From: Heterodontus francisci
Taxonomy: Eukaryota
Direction: 5' to 3'
DNA length: 64,000 nt
NCBI RefSeq assembly: GCF_036365525.1
Contig: NC_090376.1
Location: 78,970,737 to 79,034,736, forward strand
The first letter of the stretch is position 1. Every line of letters begins with the position of its first letter. Below are positions 25,471 through 38,968 of this stretch, in pieces. Below the pieces are notes generated by a model, which did not search any database, was not told the origin of the DNA, and was given only the letters and a program-made list of their open reading frames with translations. Position numbers and translations under genes: made by a program.

Positions 25471-27734
25471 TCCTTACACAAGAAATAGGAGCAGAAGTGG
25501 GCCATATGACCCATTGAGCCTGCTCCACCATTCAATACGATCATGGCTGATCTTGGGCCACAATTCCATTTTCCTGCCTGCACCCCATATCCCTTGATTT
25601 CCTGCGAGACCAAAAATCTATCTATCCCAGCCTTAAATATATTCAACAGTGGAGCATCCTCACCCACTGGGGTAGAGAATTCCAAAGATTCACAATCCTT
25701 TGAGTGTAGCAATTTCTCATCTCAGTCCTGAAAGATCAGCTCCTTATCCTGAGACTGTGCCCCCACGTTCTAGATTCCCTGACCAACAGAAACAATCGCT
25801 CAGCTTCGACCCTATGAAGCCCTTTCAGAATCTTGTATGTCATAATTAGATCACCTCTCATTCTTCTGAACTCCAGACAATATAGGCCCAATTTACTCAG
25901 CGTCTAATCATAGGATAACCCCCTCATCCCAGGGACCAATTTAGTAAATCTTCGCTGCACCGCCTCCAGTGCAAGTATTCTTAAATACGGAGACAAAAAC
26001 TGCACACAGTATTCCAGGTGCTGTACAATTTTAGTAACACTTGTTTATTCCTGTACTCCAATCCCCTTGCAATAAATGCCAACATGCCATTTGCCTTCCT
26101 AATAGCCTGCGGCACTTGCATGTTAACTTTGTGCGTTCCTTGTACGAGTGCCAAGTCTCTCTGAACATCAACACTTACCAGTTTCACACCTTTTAAAAAG
26201 TATTCGACTTTTCTATTTTTACGACCAAAGTGAACAACTTCACACTTCCCAACATTATACTCCATTTGCCATCTTGTTGCCAACTCACTTAACCTGTCTT
26301 GCAACCTCTCTGCATCCTCCCCACAGCTTACCTTTCCACTGAGCTTTGTGTCATCAGCAAACTTAGATACATTACTCTCCGTCTCTTCATCCAAGTCATT
26401 AATAGAGTGTAAACAGCTGCGGCCCCAGCACTGATCCTTGCAGCACCCCACTATTCACTGCCTGCCAAATTGAAAATGCCCCATTTATGCCCACTCTCTG
26501 CTTCCTGTTTGTTAACCAATCCTTTATCCATGCTAATATATTACCCCATACACCATGAGCCCTTATCTTGTCCATTAATCTTTTATGTGGCACCTTATTG
26601 AATGCCTTTTGGAAATCTAGGTATACTACATCTACTGGTTCCCCTTTATCTACCCTAATTACATCCTCAAAAAGCTCTAATAAATTTGTCAAACTGGATC
26701 TCCCTTTAGTAAAATCATGCTGACTTGTTCTAATCATACTATGCTTTTCCGAGTGCAATGTTAAGACTTCTTTCATAATTGTTTCCAGCATCTTCCCAAT
26801 GACTGATGTTAGGCTAACTGGCCTATAGTTCCATTTTCTCTCTACCTCCTTTCTTGTAAGATTTGCTAACTTCCAATCTGACAGGACCATTCCTGAATCT
26901 AAAGAATTCTGAAAAATCATAGCCAGTGTATCCACTATCTCTGCAGCGATCTCTTTTAGAACTCTAGGGTGCAGGCCATCTGGTCCCGGGGACTTGTCAG
27001 ATTTTAGTCCCTCAAGTTTCTCTAACATTTTTTCTCGGCTGATATCAATTTCCTTAATTTCCTCACTCTTTGTAGCCCCTAGGTTACTGTCTATTTCTGG
27101 TATGGAACTTGTCTCTTCTACTGTGAAGACAAACACAAAATATTTCTTCAATGCCTCTGCCATTTCCTCATTCCCCATGATGATTTCTCCTGTCTCTGCC
27201 TCTAAGGGACCAACGTGTACTTTAGTTACTCTCTTCCTTTTTATGTACTTATAAAAGCTCTTACAATCTATTTTTATATTGCTGGCTAGTTTTCTCTCAT
27301 ATTCTATTTTTTCCCTTATCAACGTTTTGGTGGCCCTTTGCTGGTTTCTAAAACAATCCCGATCCTCAGACTTGCTATTATTTTTTGTAGCATTGTAAGC
27401 CTCTTCTTTTAGTCTAATACTTCCTGAGTGAGCCACAGATGGGTCTTTCTTGACCAGTTTTTGTTTTTGAATGGAATGTACTTTTGCTGAACCCTTTAAA
27501 TTGTTCCTTTAAATGTTTCCCTCTGTTCATTTTCCACCATACCTTCCAGTCTATTTAACCAATTAACCTTAGCAAGTTCTCCCCTCATACCTTCGTAATT
27601 GGCTTTAAGTTTAAGATTCTTATTTGTGATTGAAATGTGTCACTTTCAAACTTAACTTGAAATTCACCAGGTTGACACCGGATTTTACTGTCAGCGCTCC
27701 AAAACACTGTCACAAAAACATTTTACAAACTCAT

Positions 27735-29240
27735 GGTCCCGCATGGTAAGCTGGTCGAGAAGGTTCGAACACATGGGATCCAGCGTGAGCTAGCAAATTG
27801 GATACAAAATTGGCTTGGTGATAGGAGGCAGAGGGTGGTAGTGGAGGGTTGTTTTTCAGATTGGAGGCCGGTGACCAGTGGTGTGCCGCAGGGATCGGTG
27901 TTGGACCCTCTGTTGTTTGTTATATATATTTTAGTTTAGTTTAGAGATACAGCACTGAAACAGGCCCTTCGGCCCACCGAGTCTGTGCCGACCATCAACC
28001 ACCCATTTATACTAATCCTACACTAATCCCATATTCCTATCACATCCCCACCTGTCCCTATATATTTCCCTACCACCTACCTATACTAGGGGCAATTTAT
28101 AATGGCCAATTAACCCATCAACCTGCAAGTCTTTGGCATGTGGGAGGAAACCGGAGCACCCGGAGGAAACCCACGCAGACACAGGGAGAACTTGCAAACT
28201 CCGCACAGGCAGTACCCAGAATCGAACCCGGGTCCCTGGAGCTGTGAGGCTGCGGTGCTAACCACTGCGCCACTGTGCCGCCAGAATGACTTGGATGTGA
28301 ATGTAAGGGGTATGATTACTAAATTTGCAGGTGACACCAAAATTGGTGGTATAGTGGACAGTGAAGGAGGTTGTCTAAGATTACAACAGGACATAGATCA
28401 ACTGGGAAAGTGGGCAAGTGAGTGGCAAATGGAATTTAACACAAACAAGTGTGAAGTGATGCATTTTGTGAAGTTAAACCAGGGCAGGACATATACAGTG
28501 AATGACAGGGCCCTGGGGAGTGTTGTTGAGCAGAGACACCTTGGGGTGCAAGTACATAGTCCCCTGAAAGTGGCACCACAGGTAGACAGGGTGGTGAAGA
28601 AGGCATATGGCATGCTTGCCTTCATCGGCCGAGGCATTGAGTACAAGAGTTCGGACGTCATGTTACAGTTGTACATAACGTTGGTTAGGCTGCATTTAGA
28701 GTACTGTGTGCAGTTCTGGTCGCCGTACTACAGGACAGATGTGATTAAACTAGAGAGGATGCAGAAAAGATTCACAAGGATGTTGCCTGGTTTGGAGGGC
28801 TCGAGTCTTAAAGAGAAATTGGATAGGCTAGGTCTGTTTTCCCGGGAGCGAAGGAGGCTGAGAGGGGACATGATAGAGGTATATAAAATTATGAGAGGCA
28901 TAGATAGGGTAGATAGCCAGAGTCTGTTTCCCATGGTAGGGGTGACTAAAATTAGAGGGCATAGACTTAAGGTGAGGGGGAGGAGGTTTAAAGGGGATCA
29001 AAGGGCTAACTTTTTCACACAAAGAATAATGAGTATCTGGAATGAGCTGCCTGAGGAGGTGGTGGAGGTAGGAACAGTAGCTACATTTAAGAGGCATCTG
29101 GACAGGTACTTGAATGAGCAAGGCATAGAGGGATATGGAATTAATGCAGGCAGGTGGGATTAGTATAGATAGGCATTATGGTCGACATGGACGCGGTGGA
29201 CCGAAGGGCCTGTTTCTATGCTGTATGACTCTATGACTCA
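27735..29240 (+). mobile_element. Young CR1 (HER1-like) 3' fragment
   Basis: [28 protein letters not shown], (CTATGACT)n tail. Confidence 0.93.
27929..28282 (-). mobile_element. HE1-like tRNA-derived V-SINE
   Basis: A box TGGCGCAGTGG, B box GGTTCGATTC, V-domain, HER1-type tail, (TAAAC)n. Confidence 0.92.
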
Positions 29241-29639
29241 TATTTGAGACCACTTTTGCCAATTTGATTGTCCCAGTCTATATGCAGATTCAAGTCCCCC
29301 AGAAGTAATACATTACCATTTTTTTTTTACATGCTCCAGCTTTTCCCATTTAATGTTCTGTCCAAAAATATAACTACTGTCAGGGGGCCAGTAAACTGCT
29401 CCCACTAGTGTTTTCTGACTCCTGCTACTCCTAATTTCCACCCAAACTGATTCTACTTCATGATTTTGAGGCCAGATCCCTTCTCAGTAATGTCCTTATG
29501 TCATCCTTTACTACCTCTCCTCCTTTGCATTCTGTCTGTCTCTCTGAAATATTGTGTACCCTGGAATATTCATTTCCCAACCTTGATCTCCTTGTAACCA
29601 TGTCTCGGTAATGGCAATTAGATTAGAATTACCCATTCA

Positions 29640-30720
29640 CCCGGTCAAACCAAGTCATCTTAAAGCTTATTTTCTTCGAGGTCTTTGAATGCGTCATTGG
29701 ATACTATACCCATCACTTCCAAACTGCTATTTCAGTCAAGCCTCCACCCTGTTCATAGCACCAAGACTGTCATCTGTGGCTTTGGCCAGGATATTATATG
29801 ACTAACACTGCATTATCCCTCTGCAACTTCTCCACAGCACTGGATACAGTCAACCACATCTTCCTCCATCATCTATTTTGCTGTTCAGTTCAGAGAGATC
29901 AGCATTCCTTTATTCATCTGGCAATGACTTTTCTTTTCCTGCCCCCTAATTACCTCAGAATTCCCTCAAACATCGAACTACATGCTACCCCCAGTGACAG
30001 TCTCCATGGGCACAGGATCACTTTCCAAATGTACATTGATGACACTCAGCTGGACCTACCCTCATTTCCATGATTCCACAACCACCTTGTACCTTTGTCT
30101 CTCGGTCTGGCACATCGTGGATGATTGAAAATTTCCTTCAACTAAACATTAGGACCAAAGCCATTGTGTTTGCCTCCACCAGAAGCTCCAGTCCTGTGCC
30201 ACTGACTATTCCCTTCCTCAAACACATTCTGAACAGACTCCAGACAGTGTGAAACCTTAATCATGTCTGATCCCAAGCTGAGCTACAAACCCCACAATCC
30301 AACACCAAGACTAACTACCATTCCTAAAATATTGCTCACCTCCACTCGTCTCATCCTCACGCTTTTGACCACTATACTCAAATTCATCCAACAGACTCCA
30401 TAAATGTCAACATGTTCAAAAATATGGTCTCACACTTGACTAACACCCCTCTTCTCATAGACCTACATTATCTGCGTCTTTCCCAGTATAGAAAATGCAA
30501 AATCCTCCTCTTGGTTTTCAAATCCTTCCACAAACTAGTCCCACCCTAGCTATTCCAGCCTTATGTCCTCTCCAACATTATTTGGTCATTGACATTAACC
30601 GGGTATATCCCCCATACTTCTCCATTTGTGCCTTAACTAGTGTTGGAGACTTCATCTAGAATTCTCTCCATCCTTAAAAACCTCTCTTTCCAGGAAGACT
30701 TTTGGACAAACAGTTCATTC
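29640..30720 (+). mobile_element. Old L2 LINE fragment
   Basis: STALDTVNH, YIDDTQL, NFLQLNI motifs. Confidence 0.7.
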
Positions 30721-33057
30721 TCCACTCACATCCCACGAGGTCTCTTGGGACATTATGGTAACAGCTGCTGTGATACACAATAAGGCCATTGTTATGTTGC
30801 AGGCAGACATCCATACGATTGGCACCTAGGTGCCATGATGACCAATCTCTGCGGACAGGGGCTTTAAGCACATGCACGTAGTACTGTTTCTTCTCATATT
30901 AAAGTGGGCAGGGTTATCCATTTTGTATGAACATTAAAAAAAACGACTAATTTTCAAAGTTTCTCAGATGGTTGAAACCCAGCACTTTTAAAAATGACAT
31001 TTTGCACTGAGCTGGAGTATACTGCAACTTGTGAAAACTTGGACCACGTTAACCCAATCCCTGCTAGGAAATAACACAAAAATGCTGCTTTGCCTTCAAA
31101 TAAATAAGTGCAATGCATGCAGTAAGAGATCAAGATAAAATGGCATAAATCAAGCTTTGATTTAGTCGAAATACCAGAGCCTTGGTTTACTGCTAGTGAT
31201 GACGCTTTACATAAAAAAAACCCAACCTAATAAGCCCTTTAGCCTCCCTCCCTATATCATTCCATTTCAACAATTCAATCAAGCAGATGCAAGAATATCC
31301 TGTGATAACTTCCATCTGTTTCTTCTACCTCTTTGCATTTCACTTTTCCTCTACCATCACAAATAAATTAGCTGAGAACTCACCATAAAGGAGAGCAAGC
31401 ACCAAGCACAAACCCCAATCTCCAGTCACTCCAGAGCAAAGCAAAACCTTGCCCAGCCACTCGCAGAATACCTCACACGCCGAATACATTCCATCACCAA
31501 GGCACCTACTTGAAAAGTGTTAATGCCCCATTGATAGATTCTTGCTCCTGTTGGCCCACAGGATCCTTCACCACATGTGGCTATTGAGGTAGAAGCTAAA
31601 AGTTCATTTAAAGGGGACACAAATATCAGAAAAAGAGGAATATATAAGGATCGGCAGGGGATGGGGTGACAGGAGAGAGCGTGCCAGCACTGGGACCTGA
31701 ATGGCCTTCTCCTGTGCTCTTAGAACCAACATGATATCCACAAAACCAAAATTTTGACAATTCAAAGTAACATTTGATATTAAAATGAACTATCTGGATC
31801 TAGGAGCTTGTCAGATATCAAAGCATTTATAATAAATCTGTACAAACTTGTACCTACAATAAAACTGTTGTCAACAGCAACCATAAGAATTAGTGGGATC
31901 AAAGTTCTGTTGTATCCTTTGGCTGTACTTACTAGTATTGTACGTGCAATGCTGGAGGTCTGCAACAGTAAAAATGCTGGGTGCACAAAACCTTATGAAA
32001 AAACTGTGCCTTGATTTTTGTGGATATTGGAAAAATCTGTGATAAGAATGCATGATGTCCTTGGGCGAGCAAAATTTACACTGGGGACTTTGTGTGACAA
32101 TATGGAATCAGTACAAAGTGCATATTAGGGCAATATTAATTTGCTTTTTGGTTAATAACTTGCTCTGCTACATTTCAATGGGTTGTCCAATTTCCTTCAA
32201 GATTGGTTACTGAACAAAATATTTTATGTTGGCTCAGTTCAAAATCATGGAATATACAGTAGATAATTAAGATAAAAAATGCAAGATATTTACATTTCAT
32301 TCACCAATACAAAATTTTAGATGCGACATTTTCATTTGTCTATTTACAGAAAGTCCCTATCTTTTAAAAAAAGGAATAAACTTTGAAAACAAACACTTCA
32401 CTGCTATAGCCTCAGGTAGAGCTTTTGTTGCTGACTTTCAATAGACTTTGTAAGGTGATGAAGCAGCTTACTTTACACACATGCCTATCTGAGCAGGCTA
32501 AAATGTATAACAATTCAAATGCAGTCACCTTTTTGAATATTGAAACACAAAGCTTAGGAGAACCTCACTTTGTTCTGCTCTTGGCTTAGGGTACATATAA
32601 TAGGCCAGAAGCAAATTTTAAAAATCAGCAACACCGGTGAAACAGTAAAATAGCAAGGAGAGAAAAATTGCTCTCACAAAATGCATTCTTTTAGGCATTT
32701 TATTTTAGGCAGACCCTTCCCACCACTCCAAAACTAAGTTAATTGTTGGAGTAAGATATATTCACGTGATGGAAGTTAGCTATTCATGCCTAGCTTGACC
32801 AAAGCCAAATTGTCATTTGTTTGAACAAGGACTGAACCGAATAAAAAACACTACGTCCTTTACATTAGTATGCACAATACTGAAATAATTAGAGCCATTT
32901 TTTCAAAATCTATCGCGTTAAAGTACGACACAAAACTCGTATTCTTGAAACAAGCGCAGTTGTGAAAACATTAGACAAGTCGGCACTTTATCGGTGATGA
33001 ACATTTCAGTGAAGTTTGATACACATGAATCACGGCGACCTTGGAAACCTAACTCAC

Positions 33058-33076
33058 CTTGTTTTTTCACCGGCAT
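33058..33076 (-). CDS. DLG2: First coding exon (19 nt, MPVKKQ-D) of the L27-domain isoform of discs large MAGUK DLG2 (PSD-93); remainder lies downstream on the - strand
   Basis: AAA-ATG CCG GTG AAA AAA CAA G|GTGAGT: strong phase-1 donor. The peptide matches the DLG1 MPVRKQD / DLG2 MPVKKKD start, and the head-to-head position with TMEM126 matches the tetrapod DLG2 locus. Candidate acceptor upstream at 33240/33249. The next L27 exon was not located by eye. Confidence 0.72.
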
Positions 33077-34299
33077 TTTTTTTCTCTCAAAGTGCGGTGT
33101 TTGATTTTTATCAGCATGAATCTTCTCCAGTTCTTGGGATGCTGACACCAGACACCGCTCGTGTTCTCTTCTCACTCCCATCAAGCTCAGCCAAAACTCC
33201 GTCAATCGTTAAACTTCCTCGTAACGAAAGCCCAAAGACTAAAAGTACTAAAGAATACAAACAAATCTCACACACACACATCCACAAAACTCCCAATAAA
33301 AATCTTTGGGAAGAAATTATTTTTTTAAAATTAAGTGAGAAAGGGATTTCCAAATGTTATATAACGGTAATTCACAGTCCAGTTCAAACTCAGAACACCA
33401 ATAGGAATTGGGTTTTTTTTTATATAAAAACAGAATCCAAATCGATTACTTCCAAGAGAGTCTAGATTTGCGCTGTAACTCTTGGCAACATAAGGTGTTT
33501 CTTCGTCCCCCTCCTGTCTTCGTTTGGCAGCTTGTTAAATTTTCCAGCCAGATGGTAACGCACCGTTGATCAGGTTGGAGCCGGGAGCCACAGCAGGAAA
33601 CAGCAGCAGTTGGTCGGTCAGCCCGCACTGACAGTCCCCAACATTCATCCAGCAACAGCAGTATTCATCTCACATCAATTTCTCATTCCTGCGAGGAGCT
33701 GCTCCTGACGGTCTCGACCACCATCCTGTGCAACTGTTTAAGAGAAAAATGAATCAAAACAAACAGAAATATCCCTCGATCCCGAATGAAAGGACCGGGA
33801 ATCGCGCGAGTACTTGGAGAGTGATCTTTCCAAATATGAATACGCCACAAAAGCACTGTAATTTTTAAGTGACCGTTGTTAACTTTTATGTGTGATTCCC
33901 CAGCTCACTGAGAATAACAAGGCCTACAGCGTATCTCAGGATATAATGGCACAAATTCAAGAACTGAAATGCTGCCAAGCAATAAGGATACGGCAGGCCC
34001 GGCTCCGTGTGTCCTGGTGCAGTTTAGGGCGGATTTAACATGGGACACAGGTTAAAGGGCCAAACACTGAGGCACTGCGACACCTGCCGGGTTCATCTAC
34101 TCAATTGGAATTTCTGTTCGCAACTTAAACATAAATAAAGCTTGGATAAGCTAAAACACACGTCCTAGCGGAAGATAATACTGTTTATACAAATCTGCTG
34201 AACCCTGCACAGGGCGATTTAATCTCTCCCCAAACCTTCCACCCTCCTCCCCTTAGCCCCGATTTTTACCCAGTCCTTGCACAACGGCTGCAGTTTTCG

Positions 34300-34450
34300 C
34301 TCAATAACGGAAGAGGCGCGCGCCACGTTTGATTGACGTCCAGGATCACCACACGGAAGTGAGGAGCCGCCCAAGGACGCACAACCGACCAATTGGAGCT
34401 GAGAAAGGGGGCGGGGATTCCTCAGTCATCGCACCGCTGGGAAGTGGGGT
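34300..34450. promoter_or_regulatory. CpG-rich bidirectional promoter (DLG2 / TMEM126A)
   Basis: ETS/GABP CGGAAG (34308, 34354), CRE-like TGACGTC (34334), palindromic CCAATTGG (34389-34396), GC box GGGGGCGGGG (34407-34416). No TATA box. Confidence 0.72.
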
Positions 34451-34614
34451 GAAAGAGGAAAGGAATTTGGTCAGATGATCAATATGTCTGCGTCCAGGCT
34501 ATTGACCTAATATGAGAAGATAAAAGTTTGATATTCACCCCGCATTTTCTTTACAATAATCTACTCGGCAGCTATTATACTTGTTCGCAGTTAAGCTTCG
34601 AGGATCAAGCTCAG
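34450..34614 (+). other. TMEM126A: Putative non-coding first exon of TMEM126A
   Basis: Downstream of the promoter, ends CAG|GTATAT. The ATG exon has its own acceptor at 35270, so an upstream exon is required. Start approximate. Confidence 0.5.
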
Positions 34615-34859
34615 GTATATTTCTAAGTCATTTTATGAAAGACTTTCACACTTGCGACGCCACGGATATGACCAGACTTATAGAGTATTTCTATCATTTT
34701 CTGTTTTTATTTAATGTACTTTCACTGATTTGTTGATGGTTGTCACAGCACTTCTCCTTTGCGAACTGAACGTATCAAAGTTAGATCTACTGATGTTACT
34801 ATCCTATACGGTTTATTTATAGAAATTTTGTGTATACGTTAGGTTTCGTGGTAATATAC

Positions 34860-35190
34860 GAACATACAGAGTAGGAGTAGGCCCCTCGAGCCTACTCCGC
34901 CATTCAATAAGATTGTGACTGAACTGATTGTAACCTCAACTCCACATGCCTGCCTACCCCTAATAACCTTTAACGCCCTTGCTTATCAATAATCTATATA
35001 CCTCTGCCTTAAAAACATTCAAAGACTCTGCTTCCACCACCTTTGGAGGAAGAGAGTTCCAAAGACTCATGACCCTCTGAGAGGAAATATTTCTCCTCAT
35101 CTCTTTCTTAAATGGGCGACCCCTTATTTTTAAACAGTGATCCCTAGTTCTAGAATCTTACACAAGAGGAAACATCCTTTCCACATCCAT
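34860..35190 (-). mobile_element. CR1 3' end fragment in TMEM126A intron 1
   Basis: Reverse complement of the 10100-10420 CR1 3' UTR. Confidence 0.8.
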
Positions 35191-35279
35191 ATTTTGATGC
35201 TACTTCTGACTTGATAATTTATTGCAACAAGATATTTTAAATTACCTAATTTTAAGTCAAATTGTTGTAGGTATCGAGC

Positions 35280-35386
35280 ATGGCGGATAATACGTTATTT
35301 ACACGAGACCTACAACCTAGTATTCCCAACCCAAATATGATGGAAATGCTCCTCGAACGGTTTCAACGGCTTCCAGAATTAGACAG
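35280..35386 (+). CDS. TMEM126A: TMEM126A coding exon 1 (MADNTLFTRD...QRLPELDR)
   Basis: Acceptor TAG at 35270, ATG 35280, donor AG|GTAAGT. RLPELDR resembles human QLPEAER. Phase 2 fits the next exon. Confidence 0.88.
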
Positions 35387-36563
35387 GTAAGTGGCTAATC
35401 CACATCCATACACAATTATTTATTGAACAATGTGAATGTACGATGCAATCGCTAATCGTGGAAATGGTGGTACATTTCAAAATAGTGTTGCTAAAAAAAT
35501 TAAATATAGAACTTTCAGTTCACATCTACTTAAACTAAATGAAATTTAGCTAAGCAAGTTATGTTAATAAAAGCCTCAAATGAAGCAAGTGTTTAAAACA
35601 CGTATTTATCCCGTGACAGACAATTTCAAAACAAATGCTCACAATCAGAAAATTAGCCTAACTATTTACAGTTGCCAATTTACAGGTAGTAGGTAGGAAT
35701 CAAGTCAATTAGTTGTCGAAGATGCTATGTCTCCAAAATGGTCGCTAATTTATTTTCTGTAGTGTCCCTTAATAGTGGGGGACTCAATTATTAAAAACTG
35801 GCCTCAGAAAAGTGCACTGCACCACAGTTCAAGCATTTTAGCCATCATACCCAGTCTGTTGAATTAAGGGAACCACCATTGTGTGCGGACCAGTAAGGTT
35901 ATGGTGGGGGTGGGAAAAGAATCAGACAAGGGTTCCTATTGTTGATCATTATATAGCAGTCCCTACTGAAATACATGTATGTAGATGTAAGGAGAGGGTA
36001 GAATTTGACTTGGCTGTAATTTTTAGAAGTCAGATAGCTTGCTACACTCTCAGTTGAGACACACTGAGGATTAATAGTCTCTTGGGCAATGTACCAATTA
36101 CACCATTGACAGTGGACCATATCTTAGAGAAAAATGGAGATGAAAGAAAAATGAAAGTTGCTTGCCTTTTTCTGCCAGGAGGAATTATATCAACTTCCTC
36201 CCAAACACCTTTCTTTCTTTTGGAGCATTGAAGATCTAGCCAGGGATATGGATAGATATCTTATTCTATTGCCTCAATTCCTCGTCCAAGAAATGGGGAA
36301 ATAGCATCTTGATTCACAGAGGTATTCAATTTTTATTTAAACTTTTTCTTGTTCTGGTCCCATCAATGTTATCCCTGGTTGAGTTGGTGGCAATCTCACT
36401 TGGCAACAATCTGAGATTAAGCCAGTCTGTTCACAACCTTGGTGTCACATTTGACCCCGAGATGAGCTTCCGGCCTATTTGTGCCATCACTAAGACTGCT
36501 TATTTCCATCTCCGTACCATTGCCCAATTTAGCCCCTGTTTCAGCTCATCTGCTGAAACCACC

Positions 36564-37444
36564 TGTCAAGAAACCATTCTGCTAAGAATGAGGCATATTA
36601 ATTTCATCATATGAACATTAATTTGTAAACTGTGGCTGGAGTGAAGAGATGACTTGTTTAAAGAGATCACCAGACATTTGGCTGGAGGGATTTGCATACT
36701 AAGAGACAGTGCTTGGAGAGACAAATCAACTACTCCCTGGTCAAATTAACCCAAATGGAGTTTATTATCAGACATTGAAGGTGTAAGAAAGCTTGCAATC
36801 CAGTGTCTGCTGAGGTGGAGAATCCACAAACGCAGGAGTGGTTAAACCAGCTGATCACATGACTAACCTGCTGGCCAAGGCTTTTTTTGAACTAGACACA
36901 TGACAGTTTGAAGACAGATTGCAACTGAACCTGGAACAACAGAGCCTCTCTCCTGGCTGGCGATCTCTCGCTTTCTCACAAACCTCCGGACCCACTGAAG
37001 TTGCTGAAACCTCAAGAGAAAAGACTCCTACATTGAAACAAGTTAAAGCATGCACTGCGCCCCAATGAACAGCAAGAATTACCGGCAACCAAAGACTCCA
37101 TATTGAACTCAAAGGACTGTAATTACAACCCAGCTATTGCCTCAGATATTTCCCCTTTATTCTTTGTACTTTTTCTGTCTCTGTCTGCGTGTATGTTTAT
37201 AGTGTATGCATGCTAGCGTAGTTGTTAACCGAATTAGAGTTTAAGGTTAATAAACTTTCACATTTCATCTTTAAATCTAAGAAAACCTGTTTGATTTCTT
37301 GGCCTTACAATTGGAAAGCAGTGAACAAGGATTCACCTGAGGGGGAGCTAAAAACACAGTTTTTAAAAATTAAACCCTGTTACGGTTAAACCAGGCAAAG
37401 GCTGAGAGGGAACCCTTGGACCCCTTTCTCACCTGGTCATAACA
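36564..37444 (+). mobile_element. Solo LTR
   Basis: TGTCAAG...TCACCTGGTCATAACA; TSD CACC; AATAAA at ~37249. Confidence 0.85.
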
Positions 37445-37525
37445 CACCGTTCATGCCTTTGTTACCTCTAGCTTTGACTATTCCAATGCACTCCTAGCTG
37501 GTTTCCCATGTTCTACTCTCTGTAA

Positions 37526-38968
37526 TGTCATGCAGATCCCCACCTGCCAAGAATGAGGCATATTAATTCTGTCATATATGAACATTGATTTTAAACTGTT
37601 GCTGGTGCAAGGAAATGACTTGTTAAACAGATCAGCTGTGGCTGGAAAAACATTTACATACTAACAGACATGCTTGTGGAGACAAAGGACCGTTCCCTGA
37701 CGCATTCAACCCACAACGGACTTTGATCACCAGACATTGAAGGTGAGGAAACTCACATTCCAGGATGACTGCTAAGATGGTCGAATCCACAAACAGACAT
37801 GGTCAGACCAGCTAGTCACATGACTAACCTGCTGGGCAGCCTGAGTTTTTTGAAATACATCAAGAAATGCTGGAAATACTCAGCAGGTCTGGCAGCATCT
37901 GTGGAGAGAGAGAAGCAGAGTTAACATTTCAGATCCGTGACCTTTCATCAGAACTGGCAAAGGTTAAAAATGTAATAGGTTTTAAATAAAAAAAATGTGG
38001 GAGTGGGGCATGAGATAACAAAAGGGAAGGTGTTGATAGGACAGGGTCAGAGAATAACTGACCAGAAGGTCATGGAGCAAAGGCAAACACTATGTTAATG
38101 TTGTGCTGGAAGACAAAGCATTAGAGAGGGTGTTAATTGACAGAAAAATGAACAGCCCTGGCCGAAAGCACAAACATGAAACGAAACAGCGAGCAGGCAC
38201 ATGGTAAACAAAGAAATGAATGATGGAACAAACTAAAATAAAATAAGAAAAAAGAAAAAAAAACTGAAAATTAAAAACGGTGGGTGGGGGGGTGCCTGTC
38301 GTGCTCTGAAATTATTGAACTCGGTGTTCAGTTCGGCAGGCTATAGCATGCCTAATTGGTAAATGATCTGCAGCATTTTGCTTTTATTTGAGTTTTTTTT
38401 TTAAATGTACAGACAGTTTGAGAGAAGAGGGACTGTTTGCTCCTGGTATGGGAAGATCTCCCCTGTCTGCTCCTAACTCTCACAGAACTCCAAATCCACT
38501 GAAGACACATGAACCGCAAAAAATTCTCCTACATCAAACAAGGTTCAAGAATACTGGGCCCCAACGAAAAGCAAGATCTACCTACAATCAAGGACTCTAC
38601 AGCAAGCTTGAAGAACAGTAACCAAAACCATCTTCAGATATTGCCTCAAACTTTTCCACTTTATTTCTTCTCTTTTCTTTCTCTATCTGCATGTGTTTTT
38701 ATCGCGTATGTATGCTAGCATGGACGCGTCGTGTATCCGTAGGCGTTAACCGAATTAGAGTTTTAAGTTTAATAAATTTCAACTTTTCTTCTTTAAACCT
38801 AAGAAAACCTGTTTGGCTGGTTTCTTCGCCTTACAATTGGAAAGCGGTGAACAAAGATTCACCAAGGGGGAGCTAAAACGCAGTGTGTTTAAAATTAAAC
38901 CTTCTTATGGTAAGACCAGGTGAAGGCTGAGAGGGAACCCTAGACCCCTGTCTCACCTGGTCATAACA
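37526..38968 (+). mobile_element. Solo LTR with PLE insert
   Basis: TGTCATG...TCACCTGGTCATAACA; TSD GTAA (37522-37525 / 38969-38972). Confidence 0.85.
37853..38388 (-). mobile_element. PLE pLTR with hammerhead motif (37919-37955)
   Basis: Minus: AGTT-CTGATGA-A-AGGTC-ACG-GATCT-GAAA-TG-TT-AACT; flanked by a TGAGTTTTTT duplication; short inverted tail piece at 38348-38388. Confidence 0.75.

Larger units (their letters stand above)
25480..29625 (-). mobile_element. CR1 LINE (long ORF2 part), split by a + strand CR1 at ~27735-29240
   Basis: 345-aa ORF 26399-27436 and ORF 25981-26451 with RT motifs; tail at ~25480; endonuclease-region sequence resumes at 29240-29625. Confidence 0.92.

Noticed and set aside
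28138-29163. 341-aa ORF as a novel chimeric gene
   Set aside because: It is an antisense HE1 SINE running by chance in frame into a CR1 RT C-terminus. There is no ATG or promoter context, and FADD is mutated to FAGD.
31426-32053. Candidate DLG2 L27 exon (minus-strand donors near 31505 and 31930; also 20620 and 20830)
   Set aside because: Translations do not match D-T-x-R-A-L...F-Q-A-L-L.
36564-38968. Paired LTRs as one provirus or TRIM
   Set aside because: Each has its own TSD, and the spacer is L2 host sequence with no PBS or PPT.
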